Of a stretch of DNA of 31,024 nucleotides, positions 1 through 10,839 are shown one piece after another (positions within the stretch are counted from its first letter, which is position 1; each line of letters begins with the position of its first letter). Below the pieces are notes generated by a model. That model saw nothing but the letters and a program-made list of their open reading frames with translations, did no database searches and was not told the origin of the DNA. The stretch comes from Gemmatimonadales bacterium (lineage in GTDB: Bacteria; Gemmatimonadota; Gemmatimonadetes; Gemmatimonadales; GWC2-71-9). The DNA is taken from positions 1-31,024 of the forward strand of contig JBBQFH010000034.1 in NCBI GenBank assembly GCA_038321865.1, written 5' to 3'. Made by a program: the position numbers and the translations under genes.

Positions 1-272
1 AGCGCCTTCGGTTCGCCGCCATCCGCGGGCACGATCCAGATCTTGGACACGTTGCGGTCGTCGGCCAGCGTCGCCGTGCTGACCGTGAAGGCGATCAGCG
101 CGCCGTCCGGGGAAATCTGGGGATCGCCCAGCGTGCGCAGCGAGATGAAATCGTCGAACGTCATCGGCCGGCGCTGCTGGGCGCTGGCGGGAGACGCCGC
201 CAGGGCGAGCAGGGCAGCGGCGATCACACTCCAGCGCGCCGGGCGCAGGCCGTGGAGCGGCGGGCTATGCAA
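1..272 (-). CDS. S9 family peptidase (dipeptidyl aminopeptidase/acylaminoacyl peptidase), N-terminal part; runs off the left edge
   Basis: Manual translation: signal peptide ([20 protein letters not shown]) then [31 protein letters not shown]...[18 protein letters not shown], a typical S9 beta-propeller start. Start codon uncertain (TTG at 272 overlapping the mnmA stop). Confidence 0.75.
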   Translation of the reverse strand, partial: MHSPPLHGLRPARWSVIAAALLALAASPASAQQRRPMTFDDFISLRTLGDPQISPDGALIAFTVSTATLADDRNVSKIWIVPADGGEPKA

Positions 273-1323
273 TCACGCCACCGCCGAGCAGGCGGTCGGA
301 TGCGCCATACAGCACGCCGGACTGCCCCGGAGCGATCGCCCGGACCGGCACCGTCAGCGCGAGGTCGATCGAGTCATCAGCCCGGCCGATCACGGTGGCC
401 GGCGCGGGGCGCGCGCGATAACGGATCTGCACCTCACAGCTGTCGCCGGCCTGCAGCGGGGGGGCCAGCCAGTTGACTTCCTCCAGGCGCACCCGGTGGC
501 CGGCGAGCTCGTCCGCCGAGCCGACGACGACCTCCCGGCTCTCCGGCCGGATGGCGACGACGAACCGGGCCGCCGACGACCCACCCGGCAATCCGCGCCG
601 CTGCCCGATGGTGTAGCGGGCGTAGCCCCGGTGTTCCCCGATCCGCTCGCCCGACGTCGTGACCAGCGGCCCCGGCGACAGGGCCGGCGCGTCGGCCGGC
701 AGGTGCTGCTGCAGCACGCCGACATAATCGTCATCGGGCACGAAGCAGATCTCCACCGACTCGGGCTTCTCGGCGGTGGTCAGTCCGAGACGACGCGCGT
801 ACTGCCGCGTCTCCTCCTTGGTCATATTCCCGACCGGCGTCAGCATCCGCGCCACGACCGAGCGATCGATGCCCCAGAGGAAGTAGCTCTGATCCTTGGC
901 CCGATCGAGCCCGCGATGCAGGGCGCCGTCCCGTGCGACGGCGTAGTGTCCCGTCGCGATGAATGCGCAGCCGAGCGCGTCGGCGTGGGCGAGCAGGTCG
1001 CGAAACTTGGTGAATGAGTTGCACCGGACGCAGGGAATCGGTGTCCGGCCGCGGCTGTACTCGGAGACGAAGTTCTCGATCACGTGCAGCCTGAAGCGGT
1101 CTTCGAGGTTCAACACGTAGTGCGGAATGCCGATCGCCGCCGCGACATCGCGCGCGTCGTTGATGGAATCGAGCGAGCAGCACGGCCGATCGGGAACCGA
1201 GTCACCGTGGCAAAACAGCTTCATCGTCGCGCCGACGACGTCATACCCCTGATCGACAAGGCGCGCCGCCGCGACCGAGCTGTCGACCCCGCCCGACATG
1301 GCGACCAGCACCCGCTCACCCAC
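265..1323 (-). CDS. mnmA: tRNA 2-thiouridine(34) synthase MnmA
   Basis: [12 protein letters not shown]-loop, [50 protein letters not shown] motifs; GTG start at 1323 overlaps the desulfurase stop. Confidence 0.96.
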   Translation of the reverse strand: MGERVLVAMSGGVDSSVAAARLVDQGYDVVGATMKLFCHGDSVPDRPCCSLDSINDARDVAAAIGIPHYVLNLEDRFRLHVIENFVSEYSRGRTPIPCVRCNSFTKFRDLLAHADALGCAFIATGHYAVARDGALHRGLDRAKDQSYFLWGIDRSVVARMLTPVGNMTKEETRQYARRLGLTTAEKPESVEICFVPDDDYVGVLQQHLPADAPALSPGPLVTTSGERIGEHRGYARYTIGQRRGLPGGSSAARFVVAIRPESREVVVGSADELAGHRVRLEEVNWLAPPLQAGDSCEVQIRYRARPAPATVIGRADDSIDLALTVPVRAIAPGQSGVLYGASDRLLGGGVIA

Positions 1324-2488
1324 GACCGAGCACTCCGGCAAGCGTCCGGACCTTGCCCACGACGCCGGGGAACACCTCCACCGCGCGGTCGAGGTCGGCC
1401 TCCGTCGTCGAATGCCCCAGGCTGAACCGGATTGCGCCGAGCGCGACGTCCCGCGGGACCCCCATCGCGGTGAGGACGTGCGATGGCTCGATGGCCCCGG
1501 TGGAACATGCCGATCCTCCCGAGACGGCGAGGCCGGCGAGGTCGAAATGCATGAGCAGCGCCTCGCTGTCGGCGCCGCCGACGGAGATGCTCAGGATGTG
1601 CGGGGCGCGCGGCCCATCCGCGGCGTTGACCGAGACGTCCGGTGCTGCCGACAGCAGGCGGAGCGCGAGGGCGTCACGCAGGACCTGCAGGCGTTCGGCC
1701 TCCGCCGCCTGCTCCGCGGCCGCGAGCCGCGCAGCGCAGCCCAGCGCCACGGCGCCGGCGACATTCTCGGTGCCCGGCCGGATCCCGAACTGCTGTCCGC
1801 CGCCATGGATGATCGCCTCGACGGCCTTCCGGTCGCGCACGATCAGGGCGCCGATCCCCTTCGGCGCGCCGATCTTGTGGCCGGAGAGCGTCAGCAGCGT
1901 GCAGGCGGCGGCATCCGACAGGGCCACCTTCCCGAATGCCTGGACCGCGTCGCAGTGGAACACGACGCCGGCATCCCGGCACCGCGCGGCGATCTCGCCG
2001 ATCGGCTGCACCACGCCCACTTCGTTGTTGACCCACATGATGGAGACCACGGCGGGGCGGTCGACCAGGGCACGGTCCAGCGACTCGAGATGCACGATGC
2101 CGGCGGGCCCCACCGGCAGGATCACTTCCTTGCCGCCGAGGTGGCAGACCGCGTGCGCCGCGGCGAGGATCGCCTTGTGCTCGATGGCGGAGACGACAGC
2201 GCACATCGATCCGCCACGCTCGCGCGCCGCGAGCGCCGCTCCCACGACGGCGAGGTTATCCGCCTCCGTACCGCCCGACGTGAAGATGACCTGATTCGGC
2301 TCGGCACCCGCGGCGGCGGCGACTTCCCGCCGTGCCTGCTCGATCCCGGCGCGGGCCGCCCGTCCAAAGCGGTGGCCGCTCGACGGATTGCCGAACGCCT
2401 TGTCGGTGAGGTAGGGCAACATCGCCTCGAGAACTTCCGCCCGGACCGGGGTGGTGGCGGCGTGATCGAGGTAAACCGGAGGGCGCAT
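1316..2488 (-). CDS. iscS: IscS/NifS-type cysteine desulfurase
   Basis: [31 protein letters not shown] (PLP lysine), GSAC (catalytic Cys); coupled to mnmA. Confidence 0.93.
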   Translation of the reverse strand: MRPPVYLDHAATTPVRAEVLEAMLPYLTDKAFGNPSSGHRFGRAARAGIEQARREVAAAAGAEPNQVIFTSGGTEADNLAVVGAALAARERGGSMCAVVSAIEHKAILAAAHAVCHLGGKEVILPVGPAGIVHLESLDRALVDRPAVVSIMWVNNEVGVVQPIGEIAARCRDAGVVFHCDAVQAFGKVALSDAAACTLLTLSGHKIGAPKGIGALIVRDRKAVEAIIHGGGQQFGIRPGTENVAGAVALGCAARLAAAEQAAEAERLQVLRDALALRLLSAAPDVSVNAADGPRAPHILSISVGGADSEALLMHFDLAGLAVSGGSACSTGAIEPSHVLTAMGVPRDVALGAIRFSLGHSTTEADLDRAVEVFPGVVGKVRTLAGVLGRG

Positions 2489-2546
2489 GGGGATAAACAT
2501 AGCGCTGGGGCGGGGTTATCGGAACGCCGGCCACCATGGACCGGCG

Positions 2547-3263
2547 CTACATCGACCGGACGCCGAGTGTGACCACGTCGTCCACGGCCATCGTCTCGTA
2601 TGTGTAGTACGGCTCGCCGTAGCGGGCCCGGATCAGCGAGCCGTAGTGGGTGCTCTGCGACTCGACCAGCGCGTAGAGGTCCTGCCCGGTGGGGAACAGC
2701 TCGCCGGCCCATTGGGCGCCGTCGAACTGGCTGGCGTAGGCTCGCACCGCGGCCATCTTCCGCTCGAATTGCCCGCTGATGTCCACGACGAACGTGGGCT
2801 TCACCGGATCCTCGCGATAGGCCAGCGAGTACAGGATCTTCGCCGGCCGGTGCGGGTCCCCGGCAGCCTCGTAGCGGGCCAGGCCCGACAGAAAGCACGC
2901 GTCCCGTCCCAGCTCGGACGCGACGCGGTGATCGGGATGCCGGCCCACCGGAAAGGGCAGGATCACGACCCGAGGCCGGAAGTACCTGATCTGTTCCACG
3001 ACGGCCCGCCGCGTCTCTTCCGAATTGTGCAGGTGTGCATCGGGGAGGCCGGCGTTGCGGCGCTCGGACACCCCCAGCAGCTTCGCTGCCTTGGCGGCCT
3101 CATGGCCCCGGACGGAGGCGTCGCCCCGGGTACCGGCCTCGCCGGCCGTCAAATCGAGGATCCCGGTCGCGTGCCCCGCGTCCGCCGCCCGCAGCAGCGT
3201 GCCGGCACAGGTGAGTTCCACGTCGTCGCGATGGGCGGCGATGGCGAGCAGATCAACGGCCAC
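2547..3263 (-). CDS. bshB1: Bacillithiol biosynthesis deacetylase BshB1 (PIG-L family)
   Basis: AHRDDVEL, DLTAGEAGTRG, RHPDH, FVVDIS, AYASQF motifs. Confidence 0.85.
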   Translation of the reverse strand: MAVDLLAIAAHRDDVELTCAGTLLRAADAGHATGILDLTAGEAGTRGDASVRGHEAAKAAKLLGVSERRNAGLPDAHLHNSEETRRAVVEQIRYFRPRVVILPFPVGRHPDHRVASELGRDACFLSGLARYEAAGDPHRPAKILYSLAYREDPVKPTFVVDISGQFERKMAAVRAYASQFDGAQWAGELFPTGQDLYALVESQSTHYGSLIRARYGEPYYTYETMAVDDVVTLGVRSM

Positions 3264-3329
3264 GTGCGGGTCCCGGGTGAAAGGTGTCAGCGCGAAAGAT
3301 AACGATTCGGACGCGCCTGACGCTGCGCT

Positions 3330-4571
3330 TCACTCGTATCGCAGCGCTTCGACCGGATCCATTTTCGACGCCTTGTTGGCAGGGTAGAGCCCGAACAGGA
3401 TGCCGGTCACCGTGGACGCGGCGACCGCCGCGATCACGGCGTTGAGGGGGACCGCCGCCTGGAGCGGCGTGAACGAGCGGATCCCGAGGGCAATCAGCGC
3501 GCCGAGGATCATGCCGATGATGCAGCCGACCAGCGTGAGCGTGGCCGCCTCCACCAGGAACTGGAACATGATTTCCCGGCGGGTGGCTCCCAGCGCTTTC
3601 CGCACGCCGATCTCGCGCGTCCGCTCGGTGACCGAAATCATCATGATCGCCACCACGCCCACGCCGCCGACCATGAGGCCGACGCTGGAGAGCGCGATCA
3701 TCACCAGGAAGAATGCGCGGGTGACGCTGTTGAAGGTATCGAGCAGCTTGTCCTGCGTGACCAATGCGAAATTGTTGTCCTGGCTCGGCTTCAGCCCGCG
3801 CTTGATGCGGAGCGCCGCGGTGACTTCGTCCATCGTCTGCTGCACGCTCGCCGATTCGGTCGGCCGCACGGCGAACATCATCCAGCCCTTCTGGTAGTCC
3901 GCCACCTTGGTGAAGGTCGAGTGCGGGATGACCATCTCGGGCGAATCGCTGTCGCCGAAGAGGCCCTTGGCCTGCACGTAGAGGCCGACCACCGTAAACG
4001 GGACGCCGAAGATCTTCACCTGTCGCCCGACCGGATCCCGCCCCGGAAAGAGATCCTCGGCGGCCTTCTCGTTGATGACCGCGACGTACGCGTTCGACGC
4101 TTCCTCCAGCTCGGTGAAGTTCCGGCCGGCCTCGAGCGTGCCCCCGACGCTGAGGATCCAGGCCGGGCTGAAGCCGATGATCTCGACGCTGCTGAGCTTG
4201 ATGTCGCCGTTGCTCACCGCCCCGCCGGAACTTTCCCGGTAGGTCACGTTGCGCACCGAGGGCAGCTTCCGGATGAGCTCAGCCTCCGCGACGGTCATCC
4301 ACGGATTGCGGCGCCAGGGCGACATCTCGTCCGACCCGTCGTTGATGTTCAGCCCGCCCTGGAAGAAACGCTGGACGAAGAAGGTCTTCGGGCCCAGCGT
4401 CTCCAGCTGCTCCTGTACGCCGCGGTTGATCCCGGTGATGGCGGACGCCATCGCGATCACCACCATCACACCGACCGCGACGCCCAGGATGGTCAGGAAG
4501 GCGCGCACCTTGTTGGCCCGAATCGAGTCCAGCGCGATCGAAATGCCTTCCAGCAGCCGTGCGAGCGACAT
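3330..4571 (-). CDS. MacB/FtsX-family ABC transporter permease
   Basis: NKVRAFLTILG N-terminal TM, periplasmic domain, VGGVGV..IMMISVTERTREIGVRKALGA, DPVEALRYE. Confidence 0.95.
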   Translation of the reverse strand: MSLARLLEGISIALDSIRANKVRAFLTILGVAVGVMVVIAMASAITGINRGVQEQLETLGPKTFFVQRFFQGGLNINDGSDEMSPWRRNPWMTVAEAELIRKLPSVRNVTYRESSGGAVSNGDIKLSSVEIIGFSPAWILSVGGTLEAGRNFTELEEASNAYVAVINEKAAEDLFPGRDPVGRQVKIFGVPFTVVGLYVQAKGLFGDSDSPEMVIPHSTFTKVADYQKGWMMFAVRPTESASVQQTMDEVTAALRIKRGLKPSQDNNFALVTQDKLLDTFNSVTRAFFLVMIALSSVGLMVGGVGVVAIMMISVTERTREIGVRKALGATRREIMFQFLVEAATLTLVGCIIGMILGALIALGIRSFTPLQAAVPLNAVIAAVAASTVTGILFGLYPANKASKMDPVEALRYE

Positions 4572-4581
4572 GGTGGCTCCG

Positions 4582-5822
<1,241 letters not shown>

Positions 5823-5823
<1 letters not shown>

Positions 5824-6524
5824 CAGGCCGCGGCGCCCCGATTGAGCCGGTCGCTCTCGACCCGGCCGTCCCGGAGCACGACGACGCGCTCGGCGTGCGC
5901 GGCGATGTCCGGCTCGTGCGTGACCATGACCACGGTCTGCCCTTCCGCGTGGAGTTGCCCGAACACCTGCATGATCTCCTCGCTGGTCGTGCTGTCGAGG
6001 TTGCCCGTCGGCTCATCGGCCAGCAGAATGCTGGGCCGGTTGACCAGGGCGCGGGCAATGGCAACCCGCTGGCGCTGGCCGCCCGAAAGCTCATTGGGAC
6101 GATGACCCATACGATCGGCGAGGCCAACTCGTGTCAACGCCTCGACCGCGCGGTCACGGCGCTCCCGGCCCGTCGTGCCGGAATAGACCAGCGGGAGCTC
6201 CACGTTGTGCAGCGCTGTGGCGCGCGGCAGGAGATTGAACGTCTGGAAGACGAACCCGATTTCGCTGTTGCGGACGCGCGCGAGCGCATCATCGGAGAGC
6301 CGGGATACCTCCTGGCCATTGAGCCAGTATTCCCCGGTCGATGGTGTGTCGAGACACCCGAGCATGTTCATCATCGTGCTCTTGCCCGACCCGGACGGGC
6401 CCATGATGGCCACGTAATCGTTGCGCCGGATCTCAAGCGATACCCCGCGGAGCGCGTGAATCGTCTCGCCGCCCATGTCGTAGTGGCGCGTCAGGTCACG
6501 GATGCGGATCACGGTGTCCGTCAT
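5823..6524 (-). CDS. ABC transporter ATP-binding protein (MacB/LolD-like)
   Basis: Walker A GPSGSGKS, signature [24 protein letters not shown]. Confidence 0.97.
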
Positions 6525-7813
6525 GATTTCTTGGCGCCCTTCGCGACGGGCTCGACAGCGGCCTTTACCTTGGCTCCGTCCTTCAGGTCGCGAATCGCCT
6601 GGTAGGTGCCGGCCACGATCGTCTCCCCCTCACGGACGCCGTCGGTCACCTCGAAGTATTCGTCTCCGGCCACGCCGACCTTGACCGACCGGAAGGTCGC
6701 GATGCCGTCCCGCACCACGAACACCCCCTCAGCCTCCTTCTTCCGGTGGCCGGCCGTGTCGCGTGGAGCCGTCGGAACCGGCGCGCCGGTCTTGGTTTCA
6801 TTCGGCACCGGCTGGTGGTCGCGGACGGTCAGTGCGATGATCGGCACGCTGAGCACGCTCTTCCGGGTATCAGTGACGATTCTCGAGGTGGCACTCAGGT
6901 CCGGCCGAATTTCCCGTGGCGGGCTGCTGAGCGTCACTTCGACGTCGAAATCCACTGCGCGATCGGTCGAGCCGCCGGAGGTCTGCGTCGGCGTCAGCTG
7001 CGCGCTGTTGCTGATTTTCGTCACCCGGCCGACAAAGGCCGAATCGGGGAACGCGTCGATCGTGACCTCGACCGAATCGCCGATCGCGAGCCGCACGACG
7101 TCGGTCTCGTCCACCTGCACCTTGGCCAGGATCACGGAGAGGTCCGCGATTGTCATGAGCAGGCCCGTCTCCCGGGAGAACGTCCCCGGCACCGCCACCT
7201 CGCCTTCCTCGACCGCCAGACGGACCACGCGTCCCGCCATCGGTGCGATCAGGCGGGTTTTCGACAGCTGGTCGCGGGACTCGCGGAGTCCGGCGCGTGC
7301 CTGATCGAGCTGAGCCTGGCTGGCCCGAAAATTCGCGTCGGCGACATCGAGCGCGGTCTGCGCCTGTTCGACCGCTTCGGGCGAGATCAGCGTGCTGCTC
7401 GACTTGGCCAGCTCCCGCGCCCGGCCCAGCGCACGCTCGGCCTGGTCGCGGTTGGCCTTGGCCTGCACCGACGAGGCCTGGCTCGACGCGACCAGCCCTT
7501 CGGCGCGCGCGACGCTGGCTTCGTACTGCGATGGATCGATCTGGAGCAGGAACTGGCCCTTGGTGACGAGGTCGCCTTCCTTCACTCCGATGCGGATGAT
7601 GCGGCCCGTGATATCGGCACTGATGTCCACCTTCGACTTGGCGTCGATCTGTCCGCTCGCCGTCACCGCGCTCACGAGGTCGCGCCGGCCCACCTTCTCG
7701 AGCCGCACCTCGGTCGCCGCGTTGCGCTTCTTGGCCCGGCCGGCCAGCACCACGCCGGCCACACCCACCACGAGCACTGTCAGAAAGATGCCAAGCTTCA
7801 TACCGCGGGACAT
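6521..7813 (-). CDS. Efflux periplasmic adaptor (MacA/HlyD-family membrane fusion protein)
   Basis: N-terminal [13 protein letters not shown] lipoyl half-motif, coiled coil, [13 protein letters not shown]. Confidence 0.93.
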   Translation of the reverse strand: MSRGMKLGIFLTVLVVGVAGVVLAGRAKKRNAATEVRLEKVGRRDLVSAVTASGQIDAKSKVDISADITGRIIRIGVKEGDLVTKGQFLLQIDPSQYEASVARAEGLVASSQASSVQAKANRDQAERALGRARELAKSSSTLISPEAVEQAQTALDVADANFRASQAQLDQARAGLRESRDQLSKTRLIAPMAGRVVRLAVEEGEVAVPGTFSRETGLLMTIADLSVILAKVQVDETDVVRLAIGDSVEVTIDAFPDSAFVGRVTKISNSAQLTPTQTSGGSTDRAVDFDVEVTLSSPPREIRPDLSATSRIVTDTRKSVLSVPIIALTVRDHQPVPNETKTGAPVPTAPRDTAGHRKKEAEGVFVVRDGIATFRSVKVGVAGDEYFEVTDGVREGETIVAGTYQAIRDLKDGAKVKAAVEPVAKGAKKS

Positions 7814-7825
7814 GATCGCTCCTGG

Positions 7826-9340
7826 TCAGCGAAGAGGGCGTCCGACCGCGGCTTCCAGCGCCGCGATCGCGATGTGATAACTGTAGATCGCGTTCACGTA
7901 GTCACCTTCGGCGCGCTGGATCGCATTCTGGGCATCGGACAGCTCGAGGGCCGTGCCGCTGCCAAGCCGGTAGCGATCCTGCGCCAGCCGCAGCTGCTCG
8001 CGTGCGGCCTCGCGGTTGGCCTGCTGCACCGCGATCGTCCGGTATGCGCTCTCGAGCGCGAGATAGCGCCCCTGTACGTCGGTGCGCACCTGGAGGGCTC
8101 GGCCCCGCACGCTTTCATCGGCATCCAGCTGCTGGGCCCGCGCCTGGGCCAGACGCAGGTGCCGGCTGAAGCCGGTGAAGATCGGGAGCGACACCGTCAT
8201 CCGCGCGCTGAACGGCTGCCGGGTGAAGTTGAAGGGAAAGACGCTGTTCTGCGCGCGAATGCCGTCCGCGATCGCCGGATCCAGCGCGCCGCCAGTGGTG
8301 AGCCCTGAGGCCGCGTAGCAATCCGGCGTCGTGGAGAGGCCCGCCGAGCTCCGAATCGCGTTGTTGTCGACGCAGCTCTGATACTGGCCCTGCGCGCCGG
8401 AGAGCGCCTGACCCAGCAGCAGGTTCTGGTTGGTGAACTGCTGCGTGAACCCATTCCAGCCGGCACTGAGCGACAGGCTCGGAAGGAAGTCCGAGCGGGC
8501 CGCTCGCACCGCGGCGCCCGCGGCGGCTTCCCGCGCCTGAAGCGCCCGGAGCTCCGGATTCTGCTCGGCGGCCAGCGCCAGCAGCTGGTCCAGCTTGAAG
8601 TCCGGCGCGGTCACGGGAAACGAATCCGTCAGCTTGAGCTGATCGATCGCGATCGGGGCAACGACCCCCATCCGGCGCAGCATTTCCAGCTTCGCCTCAT
8701 TCTCCGTCTGAATTGCCCGCAGGAGGCTGACCTCCGACGTACCCTTGGTGACCTCGGCCTGTCGGACATCGAGCAGCGTTGCCTGTCCCACCTGATAGCG
8801 GGCCTGCGCCAGCTTCAGGAAGTCCTCGTTCCGGAGCACCTGCTGCCGTGCGACATCCACCTGCGCGCCGGCCTGAAGCGTCTGGAGATACTGCGTGGTG
8901 ATGGCCTGCTTGAGCTGCGTACCGGCCGCGCCGATGTCCGCGTCCGTCGCCCGCTCCAGGGCCTTCGCCTGTCCCGGCGCCGTCAGGGTCCGCCCGCTCA
9001 CCTGCATCTGGAGGCCGATGCTGTAACTCGAATTGTAGGACGGGGACGTCTGGCTGAAGGTCGTGCCGCCGAAGCTCGACTGACCCGAACCGGTATACCC
9101 GAAGCCCGCCGAGACGTCTGCCTGCGGCAACAGCGATCCGTACGCATTCCGCACCGCCCACCGCGCGGGACCGGCGTCGTTCAGGGTCTGCCGGTAGGCC
9201 GGGCTGTTGGCTCGGGCGGTGGTTAGCGCTTCGGCGAGCGTGAGCGTTGCCGTGGGCGTCCGGGCGGTGGTCGTGTCCTGAGCCGCAGCGGCAGCGGGTG
9301 CCGCGACCGACAGCGTGAGCAGCACATGCCAACGAGTCAT
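7826..9340 (-). CDS. tolC: TolC family outer membrane efflux protein
   Basis: Signal peptide, two OEP repeats (ARYQVGQATLLDVRQAE; DRYRLGSGTALELSDAQ); ATG at 9340 with upstream AGGGA. Confidence 0.92.
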   Translation of the reverse strand: MTRWHVLLTLSVAAPAAAAAQDTTTARTPTATLTLAEALTTARANSPAYRQTLNDAGPARWAVRNAYGSLLPQADVSAGFGYTGSGQSSFGGTTFSQTSPSYNSSYSIGLQMQVSGRTLTAPGQAKALERATDADIGAAGTQLKQAITTQYLQTLQAGAQVDVARQQVLRNEDFLKLAQARYQVGQATLLDVRQAEVTKGTSEVSLLRAIQTENEAKLEMLRRMGVVAPIAIDQLKLTDSFPVTAPDFKLDQLLALAAEQNPELRALQAREAAAGAAVRAARSDFLPSLSLSAGWNGFTQQFTNQNLLLGQALSGAQGQYQSCVDNNAIRSSAGLSTTPDCYAASGLTTGGALDPAIADGIRAQNSVFPFNFTRQPFSARMTVSLPIFTGFSRHLRLAQARAQQLDADESVRGRALQVRTDVQGRYLALESAYRTIAVQQANREAAREQLRLAQDRYRLGSGTALELSDAQNAIQRAEGDYVNAIYSYHIAIAALEAAVGRPLR

Positions 9341-9376
9341 GACCAGTCCCTGTGTGGGTGAGTGACAGGAAGCTTG

Positions 9377-9403
9377 TACGGCCACAGTGTCGCGAAGGTT
9401 TCA
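9377..9403 (-). promoter_or_regulatory. Putative ECF sigma (SigW-like) promoter for the tolC-efflux operon
   Basis: Minus strand reads TGAAAC-N17-CGTA, ending 37 nt upstream of the tolC ATG. Confidence 0.55.
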
Positions 9404-9421
9404 CCTTGCGACACTGTGGCC
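9380..9421. repeat. Long inverted repeat (14-bp + 5-bp stem, 1-nt bulge, 3-nt loop)
   Basis: GGCCACAGTGTCGC-G-AAGGT-TTC-ACCTT-GCGACACTGTGGCC. Confidence 0.9.
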
Positions 9422-9469
9422 AAACGCGCAATCACATAACGACTTGGGGGAGGGGTGCTAACCGGCCAG

Positions 9470-10093
9470 TTAACGACTGATGCCGGCCGTGATGCCCTGC
9501 GCAGGCAGATCCACGCGCACCAGCCGCCCGGCCTCATCCACCCCGAGCGATCCGGCGAGTTCCCCGGAAAGCAGGATGCGCGAGCCGTCTTTCGTGGCGA
9601 CGATGGCTGCGCGCCGGCCGGTGCGCGGATAGATCGCGGTCAGCCGGGTCCCGGCTGGCGTCGCCAGGTCCGCCACGGCCTGGAACAGGCCGAGGGCGCT
9701 CTCATCGAGCAGGACCACGTCGGGTCCGCCAGGTGCTTCCTGGGACGCATCAGAGCCCTTGGCAATGGTCTTCAGGACGATGCGCGCGCCGGCGCCTGCC
9801 GCCAGAAACGTGACCGGTCCGTCGGGTCGGTCGACATCCAGCTGGAACAGCGCGAACTGTCCGTCGGGCGAACGCTCGAGCCGTGCACCCAGCTGACTCG
9901 TGGGCGCGGCGGCGGGATACTTCGCCGAAATGGTCAGCGTGGTGCCGGTGAGTCCCCGCCGCCGCCCCTGTTCGAGCGTCATCTGCTCCCGGCCGATCTC
10001 CGCGCCGTTTCGCCGAACGACGAGCGTGCTCGCGTTCTGCGCCAGCAGCGGCGTCGCCTGCAGCAACAGCAGTCCGGCCAGTAGGGTCCGCAT
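9470..10093 (-). CDS. Exported hypothetical protein, probably beta-rich
   Basis: Signal peptide MRTLLAGLLLLQATPLLA-Q; GGAG RBS upstream; C-terminal VDEAGRLVRVDLP. Confidence 0.75.
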   Translation of the reverse strand: MRTLLAGLLLLQATPLLAQNASTLVVRRNGAEIGREQMTLEQGRRRGLTGTTLTISAKYPAAAPTSQLGARLERSPDGQFALFQLDVDRPDGPVTFLAAGAGARIVLKTIAKGSDASQEAPGGPDVVLLDESALGLFQAVADLATPAGTRLTAIYPRTGRRAAIVATKDGSRILLSGELAGSLGVDEAGRLVRVDLPAQGITAGISR

Positions 10094-10119
10094 GACGGCT
10101 CCATGAAAGGTCAGCAAGA

Positions 10120-10839
10120 TCAGCATTGTACTAGGCAGCGGGCCACCCGCTCGAGGATCACTGAATATACGCGCTCGCCCTTCTGCGCGGATGCCAGGCT
10201 CGGGTACCCTACAGAACCGGGCGAGCCGCTTGGCAGTTCCCGGCTCTGGCCCGGCCGATACCGCTTCCGGCGGCCGCCGCCGAGGGTAAAGTCCTGGGCC
10301 AGTTCCATGTGGACGAGATCCGGGGCGATGTACAGCATGAGGGACGTGTCCAACTCGCCGCCGTGCACGGGCCCGCCGGGCCGCTCGATGAGCGCGGAGA
10401 AATCCATGGCGAAGACGTCCACCGCCACCACGCTCGCGGCATCGGCGCGGATCGTGCTGAGCGCCTCCTGATGCGCGTCATTGTTCTGGGCGGTAAGGAT
10501 CAGGAACTGCTGCACGCCTGCCCCCTCCTCCCAGGATTCGATAAGTTCGTTCATCACGCGGTGCAGGGTCTTCCGGCGCAGCGCCGCTCCGCCCGGGAAT
10601 GATGGTGCCGGCGTGTGCACTCCGTACTCCACGGTGGGCGCCCGCAGCACCCCGGATTGGGCGGACAGGTCATCGGCCAGGCGTTCGACGATGATCGTGT
10701 CGCAGCCGAACGGCAGGTGGGGGCCGTGTTGCTCGGTCGTGCCGACCGGCACTATCAGCGCGGGGTGGGCGGCCAGCCGCTCGCGGACCGCAGTCGGCGT
10801 CATTTCCTTCAACCGCCAGGGACGTCCGTCTTGAGCCAT
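10120..10839 (-). CDS. Creatininase family protein (divergent active site)
   Basis: PVGTTEQHGPHLPFGCD, SFPGG, HGGELDTS, G.PSLASAQKG motifs. Confidence 0.88.
   Translation of the reverse strand: MAQDGRPWRLKEMTPTAVRERLAAHPALIVPVGTTEQHGPHLPFGCDTIIVERLADDLSAQSGVLRAPTVEYGVHTPAPSFPGGAALRRKTLHRVMNELIESWEEGAGVQQFLILTAQNNDAHQEALSTIRADAASVVAVDVFAMDFSALIERPGGPVHGGELDTSLMLYIAPDLVHMELAQDFTLGGGRRKRYRPGQSRELPSGSPGSVGYPSLASAQKGERVYSVILERVARCLVQC

Noticed and set aside
10615..10830. Long 5' extension of the histidine kinase ORF given in the ORF track
   Set aside because: Overlaps the conserved creatininase N-terminus on the opposite strand and reads as non-protein-like sequence.
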